A stretch of DNA of 60,668 nucleotides, counting the filler, from Sphacelaria rigidula (Eukaryota), in assembly GCA_964200075.2 (NCBI GenBank). It is 10 parts of 10 records of this genome, joined end to end, with 100 filler letters (N's around TTAATTAATTAA, not from the genome) between each part and the next. Parts side by side here need not be neighbours in the genome. Positions count along the whole stretch, not along the records: positions 24,309 to 30,285 come from CAXNAA020023062.1; positions 30,386 to 36,362 come from CAXNAA020023063.1; positions 36,463 to 42,439 come from CAXNAA020023064.1; 7 more parts are not named here. One strand, written 5' to 3'. The translations under genes and the position numbers were made by a program. This document shows, in pieces, positions 24,955-37,935 of this stretch (within the stretch, counting starts at the first letter, position 1; the number at the start of each line of letters is the position of its first letter). The notes beneath the pieces are model-generated. The model made no database searches, was not told the DNA's origin, and saw only the letters and a program-made list of their open reading frames with translations.

Positions 24955-25399
24955 GTGCTCGGAAATTGTACCAGCTATAGCCGACCATTATCATTATAAT
25001 GGTAATAATGGTAATGGTAATGGTTATATAAACATTTTGAAGAATTGTTTCATACCGTAATGTACTGGCACCGGCTATATAAGGCGATGCCGGCTTCGGA
25101 ATACCGGCTTCGGATGCTACCTTCAGCCCTTAAAAATTGGCGCAAATTTGAAATATTTTTTGGCTCTAGTGAAACCACATCGTGTAAATCGTACCTTCGG
25201 CACGGTGCCTCCGGCGGGACCCTCCCGCCGCCCCTCTGCCAGGGGGGGCTTTTTGGCTCGCGGCTGCGCCGCTCGATGACCAAACCATTGTCAAAACAGT
25301 ACGGATGCCTCGATGTTATGTACCATTTAACCGGTTAAAGGTTGCACTACGCGTAATCATTCAACTGGTTAATGGTTAGACACACCATTTCCGAGCCCT
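24955..25399. mobile_element. Possible hAT-like non-autonomous element
   Basis: Ends GTGCTCGGAAATTG / CCATTTCCGAGCCCT are imperfect TIRs; many AATGGT/ACCATT subterminal repeats; no 8-bp TSD visible. Confidence 0.35.
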
Positions 25400-28300
25400 C
25401 CATTAATAAATGAACCGCTCTTAATCTTCTTCTTGCTCTTATTGTGGCTAAGTTCATACGCTCTTGCGTCTTGATGACATGCATAGAGCTTAGTATAACA
25501 AATATTCAGCTTCTCTGACTCTTAGAAACCGGCCGTGCAACGCTGGTCAAGCGCCGAAAAATGCTCCAAGCTGGTCCAGGTTCGATTATGGCAAATATCT
25601 CACACAACGAACGGCGGATTTCCAGTGTTCATTGCACGTACTCGGAATTATACTAAATTATTTCGTTTCGTTTCGTCTTTCGACCGCGGATCTGAAGAAG
25701 GGGCAAATATAAATGTTCAAAATTCCGTCTCTGGTGGACTGTTCCCGTGTGCTAGCAACTTTTGTAGGGTCCTGTCTGGAGTGTCGGTGAACAATCTTCA
25801 CGTTAAAAGCTACTCAAAGCACTCGCACACAGTCTACACCACGCGATACTGAGACTGGAAATTGTTCATCGCTATCTCCTGGTGTCGTAGTACGGGGCAG
25901 AGGGGCGGGGGGGGGGAGGGGGGTGACAATGGCGAACGCAGATGAGGTCATCAAACCGCCAAGTGGTGCTTCTGAGAATGGAGTGACTTTCGTGAAAGGA
26001 GAGCAGCTCGTCCTTGCAACAGAACCAATAGCGAACGCTCCAGGCATGACAGCTTTACCGAGCGGAGGACGAGATGCTGATGGAGAAGCGTTCGCAAAAC
26101 CAGAGAAGGAATCAGTGAGGCTAAACGGGAGCGGGGAACACGAGAGCACTGTCGTATCAGAGTTCGAGGAGGACTCCGATGAGGTGATGATGGTGACCGG
26201 TCGATGCCGTTAAAACCAGACTCGAATTGGGCTTTTTTGCTCTCATCTCATATTGAGAGAAGAAATCGACCCGTTCTCTGGCGCCAAAACCTCTGTACTA
26301 TGGTGTTGTTCACATCCCCATCTTTCTTGTTTAGCCAGAATCAGGAGAGCAAGAATTACAAACGGGTTGTCTGAACCCCAAAACATGAAGGACACTACTC
26401 GCTGCCCCAATAGAAATGAATTCTGACGTGCACTTGCCGTTGAGAAGGGAACCAACCCATCGCCATAAATTACAACGCACACAAACAGTAGTACCCGAGT
26501 GACCGCTGCCGCACCCCGGGTCCCATAGCGCGTAAATATCTTCTTGGCGCGTCCAACAACACTGACGGCATCTTTGTCTTCAGGCGTGAAGTAGCTTCCG
26601 ATTGCTGGCTGTGCCTGCCCGTCGGTAGTTTATATCTAGACTAGTCTTACTGCCTTCCTTCTACCCAGTGATTCATCACCCAGTATTGGAATTTCCGTGT
26701 TGAACCCTGGGGTACACGAGTCCGCACCTGCCGACAACACGGGACGTGCACTTCCCTCTCTGATGGTTCTAGGAATGTACGCACATATTATCCAAGATGG
26801 TCCGCTTGCCCGCTTGCTGGACCCATGTACTAGCGCCTGTACGGGACACGTGCGCAAACGCCCTAGTTTTCGAAAGCCAGCACAAGGACGCATCAACACC
26901 AGAAGCACCCCCCCACCCCCTGAAAAGAGCAAAGGCGCGAGAAACGTGTGCAAAAACTTTCAACATCGGGCAGTTGAATTGCAATCATACCGCACAGTAG
27001 TCTGGCTTGCTCTGTGGAGTGTGCCAGCAACCGAAGCCTCCTTTCACTTCTGTTATGTTTCATGTCGGCACACGAAATATTAGGCTCTGTCACATCGAGA
27101 CTCTCTCCGCGGACGGTGCCCACTCGCTTGCTAGGCTGTTTTTCGGGGGGACGGGGCATTGGGTGTTTTGATGACTTGCGTAATCTGCATCGCCATCCTC
27201 CCCACCCCACCTAACCTTACAGAGTTGGCTATTGGGGTCTTTCTGTTTGTGTCATGGAGCTATGTGAAGTAGGCTTTGGGAGTGTCCTTGCTGGTGTCAG
27301 GTTAGCTTACTCGTACCCGTTTACGGAACGGATATTGAACTGTTGCCTGTACTGCTGCTTTTTGTACCGCATGAATTTACACCTGGTGAGATTCGGTGTT
27401 ATTTCGATTGACCGTGCAAGCCGGGCATCGTGTGGGCGGCACGAGAGTAGATAATGGAGTGTCGTTTTGAAAAAAAAGTGGCATGCTTGCGCATCCTCCC
27501 AGCTGCGATGCACCTCAGCTGCAAACTGCTGTATTGACCATGATGCCCACCAGCTCGAATCTCTTCGTTTTATCAAGTCGTGGCTAGACCATGACTACGG
27601 GTGGGAGATTCCTCTAAATATTTCAGTTCGCTGTGCATCATCAACTTCGTGTCTAACGTCTCAACCTCATCCAAGCCCCACGCCCCAAAACGTGAAGGTT
27701 TTGATGAGCCTAGCAAGGTAGAGCAGGTACCGATGGTAGTTTGGGCATACCGATATATGATCGGTAGCAGCAGCACCTGCCGAGGGTACTTCCGTATACA
27801 CCAGACACTACAGCACAGTCCAGTCCAGGTGCGATATTTCGGTAAGAAAATAATTATGTTCGAAATCAATCCTGTTCAGAATTATCAAGCGATCCGCTAC
27901 TATTCTAAACGGGATGTCATGTACCTTCACACTTCAATGTTCGGCTCGCTCGTGTTTCGCTGCGGATGGACTGCGGACCGCACACTAGGACGTTTTGCCA
28001 GGGGAGACGGCGGAAGAGGCGTTGCAGCGGCGAATCGACGAAGGAAAAATTGGGAAAGGCAAAACGTTGCGGCGATGGAAAACTACCGAAGAAAAGGTAT
28101 GTACTAATGTGTGTGATGCGAGAAATCGGGGGCGTTCATCGTATCTGAATGTAATCCGGGACTTGTAGGACTTGTATTCCTCATGCCTCAGTGGAGGGAC
28201 TCAGCTGCGGGGCGGATGTGGATGAACAATCTAGTAAAGATTACTACAGCTGTAAGCAGCGCAGTAACGTCGACCTCATGCCGCTGGGTACGTGCTCATG

Positions 28301-30627
28301 TGCCACGGTGGAGATTGCGTGTAGTAACCCGCACAACATCACGACCAAGCTTGTCTCCGGAACGTGTGCTAGTATATTTTTTGTCTCAACATGCATTTTT
28401 TTTGCAGCGCGGAGTTTGTGTGCAGATGCCATGCCCCCTGAGCAGTAGTGGAAGATGTTCGTTGTGCGGGCCTGCTGTCGTATATGCAGTAGAGAGCTTA
28501 CGGCAGCTTGAATACCGCAGCAGAGCAGCTGTACGGACTGCAGTCATGAGCGACAGTTGAAGTCCATTCGATGTCCCATCCCGTACTGTGTACATGTTTT
28601 GAGCCTTGGCTTTCAGCGTCGTTTGAACCGTTTGTCAAAGAACATTTACAGAAGTGTACCGATAGCACCAGACCGTACGCTGTAGTTCTGAAGTGGTGTA
28701 GAGAGTACTGACTGAAGACTTTTTACGATCTGTCTTCCCTGGATACGGTTTCTAGAAGGGTCTGACGTTGTGCAACCTCTAGGCGTACTTGGGAAACTTG
28801 ATCATGTAGCCCCCGCTGTTCGCACGAACGGGAAAAACTACGTTGTAAACTCTTTTTCAATATGCATTGATCTGGACCTCTCTCGACTACCATGAAGACT
28901 GAGAATTGCCTCACGTTGCTCTTCTCCAGTCACCCTCAGTGTGCTTGCTCTCTGTACGGGATAGCCGGGGCAGTGCAGGCAGTCTTGATTAACATGACCA
29001 GATCGCTGAAAGCCTGTTTTGATGATGTCGTCTCGATGTCGAATGCAGCCACGGCGAGTGCAATCGCTTTCCGAAACAACAGCTCACAGTAGTGACACAC
29101 ACAAGCATCACCTCCATGGCTCAAAAAATATCTAGTGGTCCCACCGAAAGACCGAACGCGAGTGGAAGGTCTAGGAGAGCGTGCAAGTGCGAAGCTTAAT
29201 TAATTACCAATGACACGGGGCACGTCTGGATGCAAGAACAGAACACGCCGGTGTGAAGTCCCTGAATTCAAAGTATGGATATGGATACTTCACCACAACG
29301 GAGGACGCCCGTGGGTGTGGAGAGCTCGGGTGTAGATTGGAACACGATCGGTACAAACAGCATTGCTTGATCCTCAACCGCGACAAACAACACACGCAGG
29401 ACACACAGTAGCACTCTGGTGGATAGATGCTGCATCGTCACCTCACCTCGCCTTATACTAGACTGGCGAAGTGAGTGGAACGATTGTTCACGTCACTGCA
29501 ATGCTGATTGCACACTCCTTCCTACAGGAATGTATCATCCTAAAGCACAGACGTTTTATGTGCGAAGCCCGCAGCTTGTGTTCCTCTGTACGCACAGCGG
29601 CGGCCAGTAGCTTTGCTGGTGCCATTCTTTTCGCGTTGCTGCTGCTGCAACGTAAATCGGAAATCTAGTAGTTACTGGTAGAAGCTGCGTACTTCTTTCC
29701 ACACCTCTCTGTACTGTCTGGGGTAATCGGTGGCACTCTCATCTGCAGTACGCAGTGCGTCGCATCATTTCGAATATCGAACAAATCGATCTTTACGGAG
29801 AGGTCTGGTTTTTCAAAAGATCTTTTTATGGTTGAACCCATCCGTTCTGTTGTTCTGTGTTATTCCTTGATTTTTTCGTCGAGTGTTGGATCGATCGATC
29901 GATTGATTGATTGTTTGATTGTCGCACTTGAACTGTGCAAACGGCCAACTTAGGCTGTAGTGAAGAGCTCCAGCAGTACAGTTTGGAGTGTACACTGTAA
30001 GGGCTGAACGGTGAACAGCTACGATTATCGCGTTTGTTTCTCTTGCCAAAATTGGGCCGAGCCGATCTTCGGTCAGTTTTTTTTAGCACGCACATACGTT
30101 GTGAGCGCAAGTTTAGTCACCATTGCAGAGTTGTTGTTTTTTTTGTCCCCAGAGGACAGGAAGGAACCATTTACCCATGCACTTCGCTACTTCTACCTTC
30201 GTGCAGCGCTTCGAGTCGCTCCACCCGTCAGACGTGCCCACCCGAGGGTAGACATGTCCAACGGATGTATGGATAGGCACCAAGGNNNNNNNNNNNNNNN
30301 NNNNNNNNNNNNNNNNNNNNNNNNNNNNNTTAATTAATTAANNNNNNNNNNNNNNNNNNNNNNNNNNNNNNNNNNNNNNNNNNNNGTGCGGAGTTGAGGT
30401 TCTCCCACGCCGCACTTTATGATCTAGCTCGACTACCATCATGGTTACCGCAAATTAAACGCAAGCGTGCGAAACAAAGCGGCAACCTGGTTGCCTAGCC
30501 TACGCAGTGAGCGGCGTGTTTTATAGCGTTATCGCCTACCGATGCCAACCACATCGATGGTCTATCCCTACGAAGCCGGGACGGAGTACGCCGGGCTCTC
30601 GACGAACCAGGCTGTCCTTGGGGGGGG

Positions 30628-30692
30628 CGTACTCATTTGTTGCTTGCCTTAGTCGTTTAACCATTGACCACGCATCCCTTTCGAGACGGAGA
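30628..30692. mobile_element. ~65-bp element with flanking ~16-bp direct repeat
   Basis: Flanked by GCTGTCCTTGGGGGGGG (30611-30627) and GCTGTCCTGGGGGGGG (30693-30708). Confidence 0.8.
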
Positions 30693-30840
30693 GCTGTCCT
30701 GGGGGGGGAGGCAATTGGGGGTAGGGGTCGATGACGGAGGGGGGCTTGATTACGGTAAGGAAGCCGACATTGGGCTTTGGTGTCGTTCTGCGTGATACAC
30801 TTGCGCGAGTCGGGATGGGGAAGGGGGGGTGCGCACGTTT

Positions 30841-31282
30841 AACTGCCGATGATCGAAATTGAGGATGGAGGTTTTCATTGAGGATGAGAACCCGGAGGAT
30901 TCACATATTCTCATCCAAACCAAATCTTCGACATATGGTTCCATTCCTTCACCTACTGGTAGCTCTCGACAAGTACTACACCCCATACAAATTTGGATTC
31001 TGATAACCAACATGTTGGGGTTCTTGGTGAACAAATAATTTGGGGAAGTTTAGTTGATTCGATCGGATCGCCGAAATTCCCCGAAATCGTCTCTTCACCA
31101 AGGACCCCAACATGTCGGTTATCGAAATCGAAATTTGCATGGCGTGTAGTAGTTGTCAATAGCCACCAGTAGGCGAAGGAATGGAACCATATTTCGAAGA
31201 TTTGGTGTGTGAGAATATTTTACTTCTCCGAGTTCTCATCCTCAATGAAGAGCTCCGTCCTCAATTTCGATCATCGGCTGTT
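30841..31282. repeat. ~440-bp foldback
   Basis: GCCGATGATCGAAATTGAGGA...CATATGGTTCCATTCCTTCACCTACTGGT pairs with ACCAGTAGGCGAAGGAATGGAACCATAT...TCCTCAATTTCGATCATCGGC; inner arm CATGTTGGGGTTCTTGGTGAA / TTCACCAAGGACCCCAACATG also pairs. Confidence 0.9.
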
Positions 31283-31522
31283 GTTTTAAAGAATTCGAGG
31301 TTAGGACTTGCGATCTCCACGGGTGCCATACTTCGTGTGTCATGAATTGATTTGCCTCTTGGTATCCAGAATTTGAGTGGGGAAGGAAGTAGATGGAGGA
31401 GAATTGCTCGTGAAGGAATCTTGCGTCGGGCTTATTTCAGCCCCGAGTGTTACGCGCGTCAGACGGGAAGGGCTCGCTCGCAGAGAAACCAAGCTTGGGA
31501 TTTATGGTAATACTTGGAGCTA

Positions 31523-32945
31523 CAGTAGTGGTCCCGGTTTAGCGGTATCTAGTGTCAAGAGGGCAAATTATTGCTAAACCGGGACCAGCTGCTCATCCGG
31601 TTTAGCGGTATTAACCGCCTAAATGGGTCCTGGTTTAGCGGTGATCACCGCTAAACCGCGTAAAACCCGTCAACTCGGTACAAGAGCAGTGTTATCTTGA
31701 ATGACATACAATTTTGACTGTGTCATGCGTGGCTGCTGTATACAGCAGTACAGTACTACAGCGCAGTAGAACCAATTGTACGATTACGCTGCGATAGTGC
31801 GTAAGGGACTGCGAATGTCGACCAAAACTTTATACAGTACAGTACTACTGCTGTACAGCATTACCGCTGCACTTCGGAGTAAGAAAATTCAGGAAGAAAA
31901 AACTGCCCCCCCCACCTGGCTCACACCATTTCACCTGATACTTGCACACCACAACTACTGGAGACCCCTTCTACTGCTGTATGCTACAGCAAGTCCTCTT
32001 GCTAAGACGAGTCTAGCACTATATACTTCAGCAAAACGAAACGAAGCAAGATGTTCAATCAAATCTTGTGCATTGGGTGAAGAGCAGTATCGACTACGAC
32101 TAGGAAAATATGGTCCTGATGTCTGTCTGCTTTGTTGGTCTAGAAGCGTACGCCGCAAGAAAAGATAACCCTGCGTCTCCGATACCACACGACTCTGCGT
32201 ACTGCTCTAGCTGCCGAAAAAGCGACGAGATATCCGAGAACGGCGGTGGCGTCATCGACAATTCTTGTTCCGCAGTCTCAACGTCCTGCTGAGAGCCGCC
32301 TCCCTGTGGATTTTTGCGCTTGGCCGCACTCGAGCTGCCCCTTTCAGCGTTGCTTGGAGGGGTACTTAGCTTGTCCACAGCAAGACTGGCAGATACGATT
32401 CATCTCGTTACCCTCAGGATCCTCTACCTCGCCGCAACAGTCGTGGAAGCGGCGTCCACGCGTCCACACCCACCGCGACACGGATGCCCGTTGGGCTCAA
32501 TTGGTGTCATATCGGGAAACTTGCAGAACTCTAATGCTGCGCACGGCATGGTTTCAACGGGTAGCTGCCGCTCGCAGTGCTGTATGTAGCTAGTTGTGTG
32601 TGTCGTGTGTTTGCAGCAGATGTTTGTGTCATGTGTTGACAGCAGCTCAATGCCGCTGTACAGCGGTACAGTACAGTAGTGTAGAGCACACTACCGCTAT
32701 TCCGGATTCAACAGCCCTATTATTATTATTATATCCATCACATTAGCTCGATCCCTCGAACCCAAAAATAACCGCTAAAACGGTCATCGTCGGCTTTAGC
32801 GGTTATACAACCGCTAAACCGGGAAGAAACGGAGTCAGCCGAACTTTTACCGCTAAACCGGGAAGAAACGGTGTCAGCCGAACTTTTACCGCTAAATCGG
32901 TACCATCCGCTAAACAGGTCACCGCTAAAAATGGGACCACTACTG
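31523..32945 (-). mobile_element. Internally deleted pogo-like (Tc1/mariner superfamily) DNA transposon
   Basis: TA|CAGTAGTGGTCCC ... GGGACCACTACTG|TA, many ACCGCTAAA subterminal repeats at both ends; broken minus-strand ORF ~32550-32100 with a Cys-rich start (MPCAALEFCKFPDMTPIEPNGHPCRGGCG) ending KQTDIRTIFS*; no DDE domain seen. Confidence 0.8.
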
Positions 32946-32949
32946 TATA

Positions 32950-34230
32950 CGTAAGGGAGGGGGGAGTGAGTAACGGGAAGGGCTTGCTTCTACGGAAGTC
33001 GAGGTTGAAAGTTGCTGTCGTCGGAGGTGAGGGAGGGGGGGAGGGAGTAGGGGGGAAACCTTGGTTGCAGAGAAGTCGAGCTTGGGATATATGTGGTCAT
33101 CCTGGGTGCTACATGCGAGGGAGTGGCGGCGGGGAAGGGGAAGGGCTCGTTTGTCGAGGGAGTCGTGATTGAGATATTCATGGTCGCCCCGGCTGATGAA
33201 CGTGTGGGAGGGGAGGCAAGGAACACGGGGGGCTTGCAGAGAAGTCGAGCTGGTACTGCTGTAATCGTGGGCAGTACAATACGTAAATCACGCACGGTAC
33301 AACTCATAGCAAGAGGGGCTTCAATGGGGAGAGGATCGGTAAGGACGGCGCGCGTGTGAAGAAAGTCGAGCTTTGCATTGGTTGTCGCCCTGGGGGAAAT
33401 ACGCTTAGGAGCAGGGACCGAGGAGGGGGAGGGCTTGCTCTTGGAGGAAGTCGAGCTCAGGGGTTCGTGACGTTCTGCATGACACACACGGGAATCGGAC
33501 TGGAGAAAGAAGCGGGCGTGCTTTTTCAGGAAGTCGAGGATAGCAGTTGCGGTTGCCATGGGTGCTATGCTTCGTGCCATGTGTTGATATGCGCCATGGT
33601 TGACTCGCAGAGAAATCGAGATCGGGATTTGTCATCGTCCGCGGTGCTATACGCGAGGGAGTGAGGGCGGGGAAGGTTATCAGATTACTTGTAGACGAAC
33701 GCGAGGTTAAGATTCATCGTCACGCCGGGTGCTAAATGCGTGGGGGGGGGCGCGCAAGGAACGGGTAGGGGGCGTTTGCATGCAGATAAGTCGAGTTTGG
33801 CGTTTGTTGTTGCCCTGGAGAAGATACGCTTGGGGGTAGGGGCCAGCGAAGCGGAAGGGTTTGCTCGCGGAGAAATCGAGGTTGAGATGTATTTGTTGCA
33901 GCCGCGGTTGAGGATTCCATCACATTCGCCGTGGTCGGCAATTTTTTAGTGAGGGGAGGAATTGATGAGGGGGAAGGCTTGCATACGAAAAGGAACAATC
34001 TTGAGATTTGTAGTTTGTCTGGGTGTTGTACTCCTTTCATCACCGTGGCAGGCGGAGTTTGCGTGGGACGGGGTGAGAAAGGGAAGACTTTTTCTGTGAA
34101 AATAATGAGCGCGTGATTTGTCGCCGGTGTGGATGATATTCACGTGGGAGTGATGGTGAGGACGAGGGAGGGTTTGCACGAGGAAGAAGTCGAGCTTGGG
34201 ATTTGTTTCCGACCTGGGTGATATACGTTG
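32950..34230. repeat. Degenerate ~84-bp tandem repeat
   Basis: Recurring GGGGGAGGGCTTGC...GAAGTCGAG motif with GAAGTCGAG-like cores at ~33363, 33447, 33530, 33612 (spacing ~83) and others; similar units at ~30740-30840 and 31290-31500. Confidence 0.6.
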
Positions 34231-34664
34231 CCTGAGACAAAAGAACACACCGCCATACATCAGCCAGCGTCTGGCTCATCCAGTGTTTTACCTGAAATTC
34301 CGAGTTATCATTTCCTTATCGACCAGTCATTACCGCTTCAAAACCTCTCACCTGTGTAGCCCTATCAGCGGCTGGTGCAAAAGATTCGTGTGCAGTAGGC
34401 TGCATGTGAACAGCAGTAAGCATCGGCGATTGTCGCTATCCTACCATTCATATTGAACGCTATTTGTACTCGTACCCAGTTCTATAGTACATCAACTATG
34501 CTTGAATGACGCTCCACCTATAAAAGCCGCTCTACTTGACATGGCAGGAATTGAGCAGGTGCTCATGTCCTACTGTACAGAATATACGGCTCCAACACAT
34601 CGTCCAGAACAAAACCTCGTCCCTTCGTCCCCCTCGTTTTTCTCCACGTCCTCTTCAGTTCCAT

Positions 34665-34905
34665 CTATTGTTCCCGTGTTATCTGCTCCAGCTTGACATC
34701 TGCCAAAAGCCGATCAGCCTCTTGTACAGAAAAGCAAGAATTGCACAACGGGTCTCGGCTAACGCAAGAAGCCCCGCCCGCTGAGAGTCCCCGCCGAAAC
34801 GCCTCGGGCAGCGGGGTTCCCCTCGTCCACTCGTACAGGGTGGCCGCCGCGGTGGCGTCTCCCGCCCCTATAGGATTAATTACGTCTACTGGTGCAGGGC
34901 TCAAC
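34665..34905 (-). CDS. PfkB/ribokinase-family carbohydrate kinase, terminal exon (FruK/LacC-like signature)
   Basis: CACAG|G-LSPAPVDVINPIGAGDATAAATLYEWTRGTPLPEAFRRGLSAGGASC...EQ*; NPIGAGD is PfkB signature 2 (anion hole and catalytic Asp). Confidence 0.88.
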
Positions 34906-36639
34906 CTGTGGTAAAGTATGTCGGCAGCAGCGTACGATACGGCGGAGCAGATAACGGAATGATGTTTACCGTTGGAGAGGGTGTTGCGGCGCGCGCGGGG
35001 GGGTAAAGGTGGGGAGGGGCACTAGTGGGCCATGTTCCATGCGACCGATGAAATTAAAGTTATCACAAATTTCACTATTCGAGGGGACGTTTCGATGTCC
35101 CAGACAATTTTGGAACAACGACAGCATGTCATGGAACGCATTTTAAGTGACACTAGATACCAACAAAAACACGTACTCATATGAACAACAGGTGAGTGGA
35201 ACATGACTCAACGAGTTTTCTTGGCCAATCTCAATCATGAAGTGAATCTGCCGCCGCGACCCGGTGGCCTAGGTGGTACATCTTGAGCCGGATCGGGCGG
35301 AAGGTGGAGATTGCCAATTTAGACATATATAGTTATATTTTTTCCTCACGAGGACCTGGTCTCCATCGTGAGACGTGTGGCGTGAGTAGATTTGTTATTA
35401 GCTAGAGTCGAAGCAGTGCGGGAGTGCTGATCCAGCCCACGGTCCCCAAAATGTCTGGCATGTACGAAGGGAGGGTCGGTTTGATCCGTTCAAACTACGA
35501 AGCCGTCCAGAGGAAGGGGAAGGGGTTGAATGAAAGTAGGGCAGAACAAAAGAAGAAATAGCACAATCACCCCCCCCACACAGCACAGGTTGGATATCGA
35601 TCAGCAAGCCTGATATTCACTGAACTCAGTCACCCTGCTATGATTGCCGAATTAGACTTGAAGGGCGCACCCTACCATTGCGAGAGCTTGGATACGATTG
35701 GTTTAAATGTGCTGTGGATGGCGCAAGAGCTTGGATACGATTGGTTTGACCATGCTATGGATGGAGCAACATGTGCCTATCTATCCTTGCTGGCTAGGTT
35801 GACCCCGCTACGTTCGCCGTACCCTCAATAATTTCTAGGTGAGTATGCGCGTGACGTAGACTACTGGTCATGAGCAAGGGTACCCAGAAATGTTCTTCAA
35901 TATACCATTTGAGACCGACAGAAATACGACCCGCCCCGATTTCTTGCAGATAGACTACATACAAGGCTGGCCTCATGGACCAAACGAAAGATCTTTTACA
36001 CGCGAAACAAAGCCCTTTCAAATCGCGTGATTTATAAAAGTACATAACGTGAACGCAGAAGCAAGTGCAGTGGGTATTTCACCATGGTTCGGCCAAACTC
36101 ACTTTGATCACAGTCCTATCCGTTATAGTAACATTAAGTATTGCATCATTATACCCATATAGTGCGGGGTCCCAGCATAATACCGTCACACCGGGTTGTC
36201 GGTCCACCGCACCATATCGGGACCCCACTGTAGTTCAAACATCGAATTCCAGCGATATTCTGAGTTAGCATGCGGTAGGGGCTTATGCTCAGGGGCCAAA
36301 ATCCTTCCCCTGTGACTGAAAATGACATAATCTGCGTGATCATTGGGGTGGGTGGGACAGGGNNNNNNNNNNNNNNNNNNNNNNNNNNNNNNNNNNNNNN
36401 NNNNNNTTAATTAATTAANNNNNNNNNNNNNNNNNNNNNNNNNNNNNNNNNNNNNNNNNNNNTCTTGGGCACCATCGCTGAAAGTGTGGGGAAAGCACTG
36501 TTTTAGGCTTAAACCTCATCTCGGAGTTAAACCTCAATTATTAGCAAAATTTGTTGTGAAAGGTTATCTGGCTCTCGTAGTGACGTTCAAGTGAATGAAG
36601 GCGATTCCGATTCATCAAATGAATCACGCTGGGGGGCAA

Positions 36640-37935
36640 AGAGAGTAGGACATCTGTTGAATCGACGTCACCCTAAGATCGCAAGGGTAATCATCTGGAT
36701 TATGGATTGCTTTTTTAACCCTTGGACCGCGAGGTTAGTCTTCTGTTGAATTGGCATCAATTTCAAGTGAAAAAATGTATGCATGATCCAGAAAGACTAA
36801 TCTCGCGGTCTAAGGGTTACGTGAAGTTGATGCCGATTCAAAGAATGTCCTCTCCCCGTTGACGGGTAGACCCCTTGACCGCGAGGGTGGACGATCTGTT
36901 GAATTGGCATCATCTACACATGCAGAAAAATATGAAATATGCCTGGTCCAACGGCTCGCCTACCCTCGCGGTCAAAACTTCACCCCTTAACCCTCATACC
37001 GCGAACGTAGTCCATCTGGATTATGCATACTTTTTTCAAGTGGAATTGATGCCGATTCTACAGATGACCTACCCTCGATGTCCAAGGGCTGAGCTATTTC
37101 ATAGAGCGCACGGGTAGCCCATCTGTATCATGCATATCGGTCAAGTGAACTTGCCCGTTAAAAAAATGACCAAAATACTCTCGGTAACTCATACGAATAG
37201 CCAGATAATGGATCACCTGTTCTGTCGGCATCAATATCACTTCAAATAAGTATGCCTTATTGTCACCGCCAAGGTACGACATATGTTGAGTCAGCATCAC
37301 ATTTCCTTCAAACATCATTCCCTGGCAAAGATTGCGAGCGTGATCCATCTGGGTCATGTATTCTGTTTCCAAGTGAAATTGATGCCGATTCGACATATGA
37401 ACCTTTTTGGAACTGTGACGATTTTTGTGTTTGTGAACCGGCATCATTTTTCAATCATTTTCGAGTCAGAATGATGCCGATTCACAAAAAATGAAATCGT
37501 CGACGGTTTTCAAAAGGCCGTGAAAAGGTCAAGCCTCTAGTAACCACGAGGATAGTCCATCTGCATCGGCATCGATTTCACTTCAAAATCATAGATGGTC
37601 CAGATGTATGGGCTTACCTCGTTGCCCCTTAGTTAGGCGGCGAGGAAAGTAGGTCATATCTTGAGTCGCAATGTATTTCACTTGGGAAAGTATGCACAAT
37701 CCAGATGGACTGCCCTCGCGGCTCAAGGGCTACACCTCCGACCGCGACGTTAGCTTATCTGGAGTATGCATGATTTCTTCAGGTGAAATCAATGCCGATT
37801 CAATAATAGGTGGACCTACTCTCGCCAATGGTTAACCATTAGACCGCGGTGCGTGTAGTCCATCTGGAAGGCGTTTACTTTTTCAAGTGAATATTATCGG
37901 CAGGTGAGCCACCCTCGTGGTCAAAGGGTTGAACT
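36640..37935. mobile_element. Cluster of ~12 piggyBac-type MITE copies and fragments
   Basis: Repeated TTAACCCTT...GACCGCGAG / TTGAATCGGCATCAATTTCAAGTGAAAAAA / CTCGCGGTCTAAGGGTTAA units in both orientations; count made by eye. Confidence 0.85.

Noticed and set aside
24430..27250. Several 96-136-aa ORFs suggesting a decayed retroelement or gene
   Set aside because: No RT, gag, integrase or other motif could be recognised, so it is left unannotated.
32990..33580. 196-aa minus-strand ORF
   Set aside because: Lies in the degenerate ~84-bp tandem repeat, with no domain or splice support.
36640..37935. CRISPR-like repeat array
   Set aside because: Units are ~100 bp, in mixed orientation, TTAA/TIR-bounded, with no unique spacers and no cas genes; eukaryotic context.
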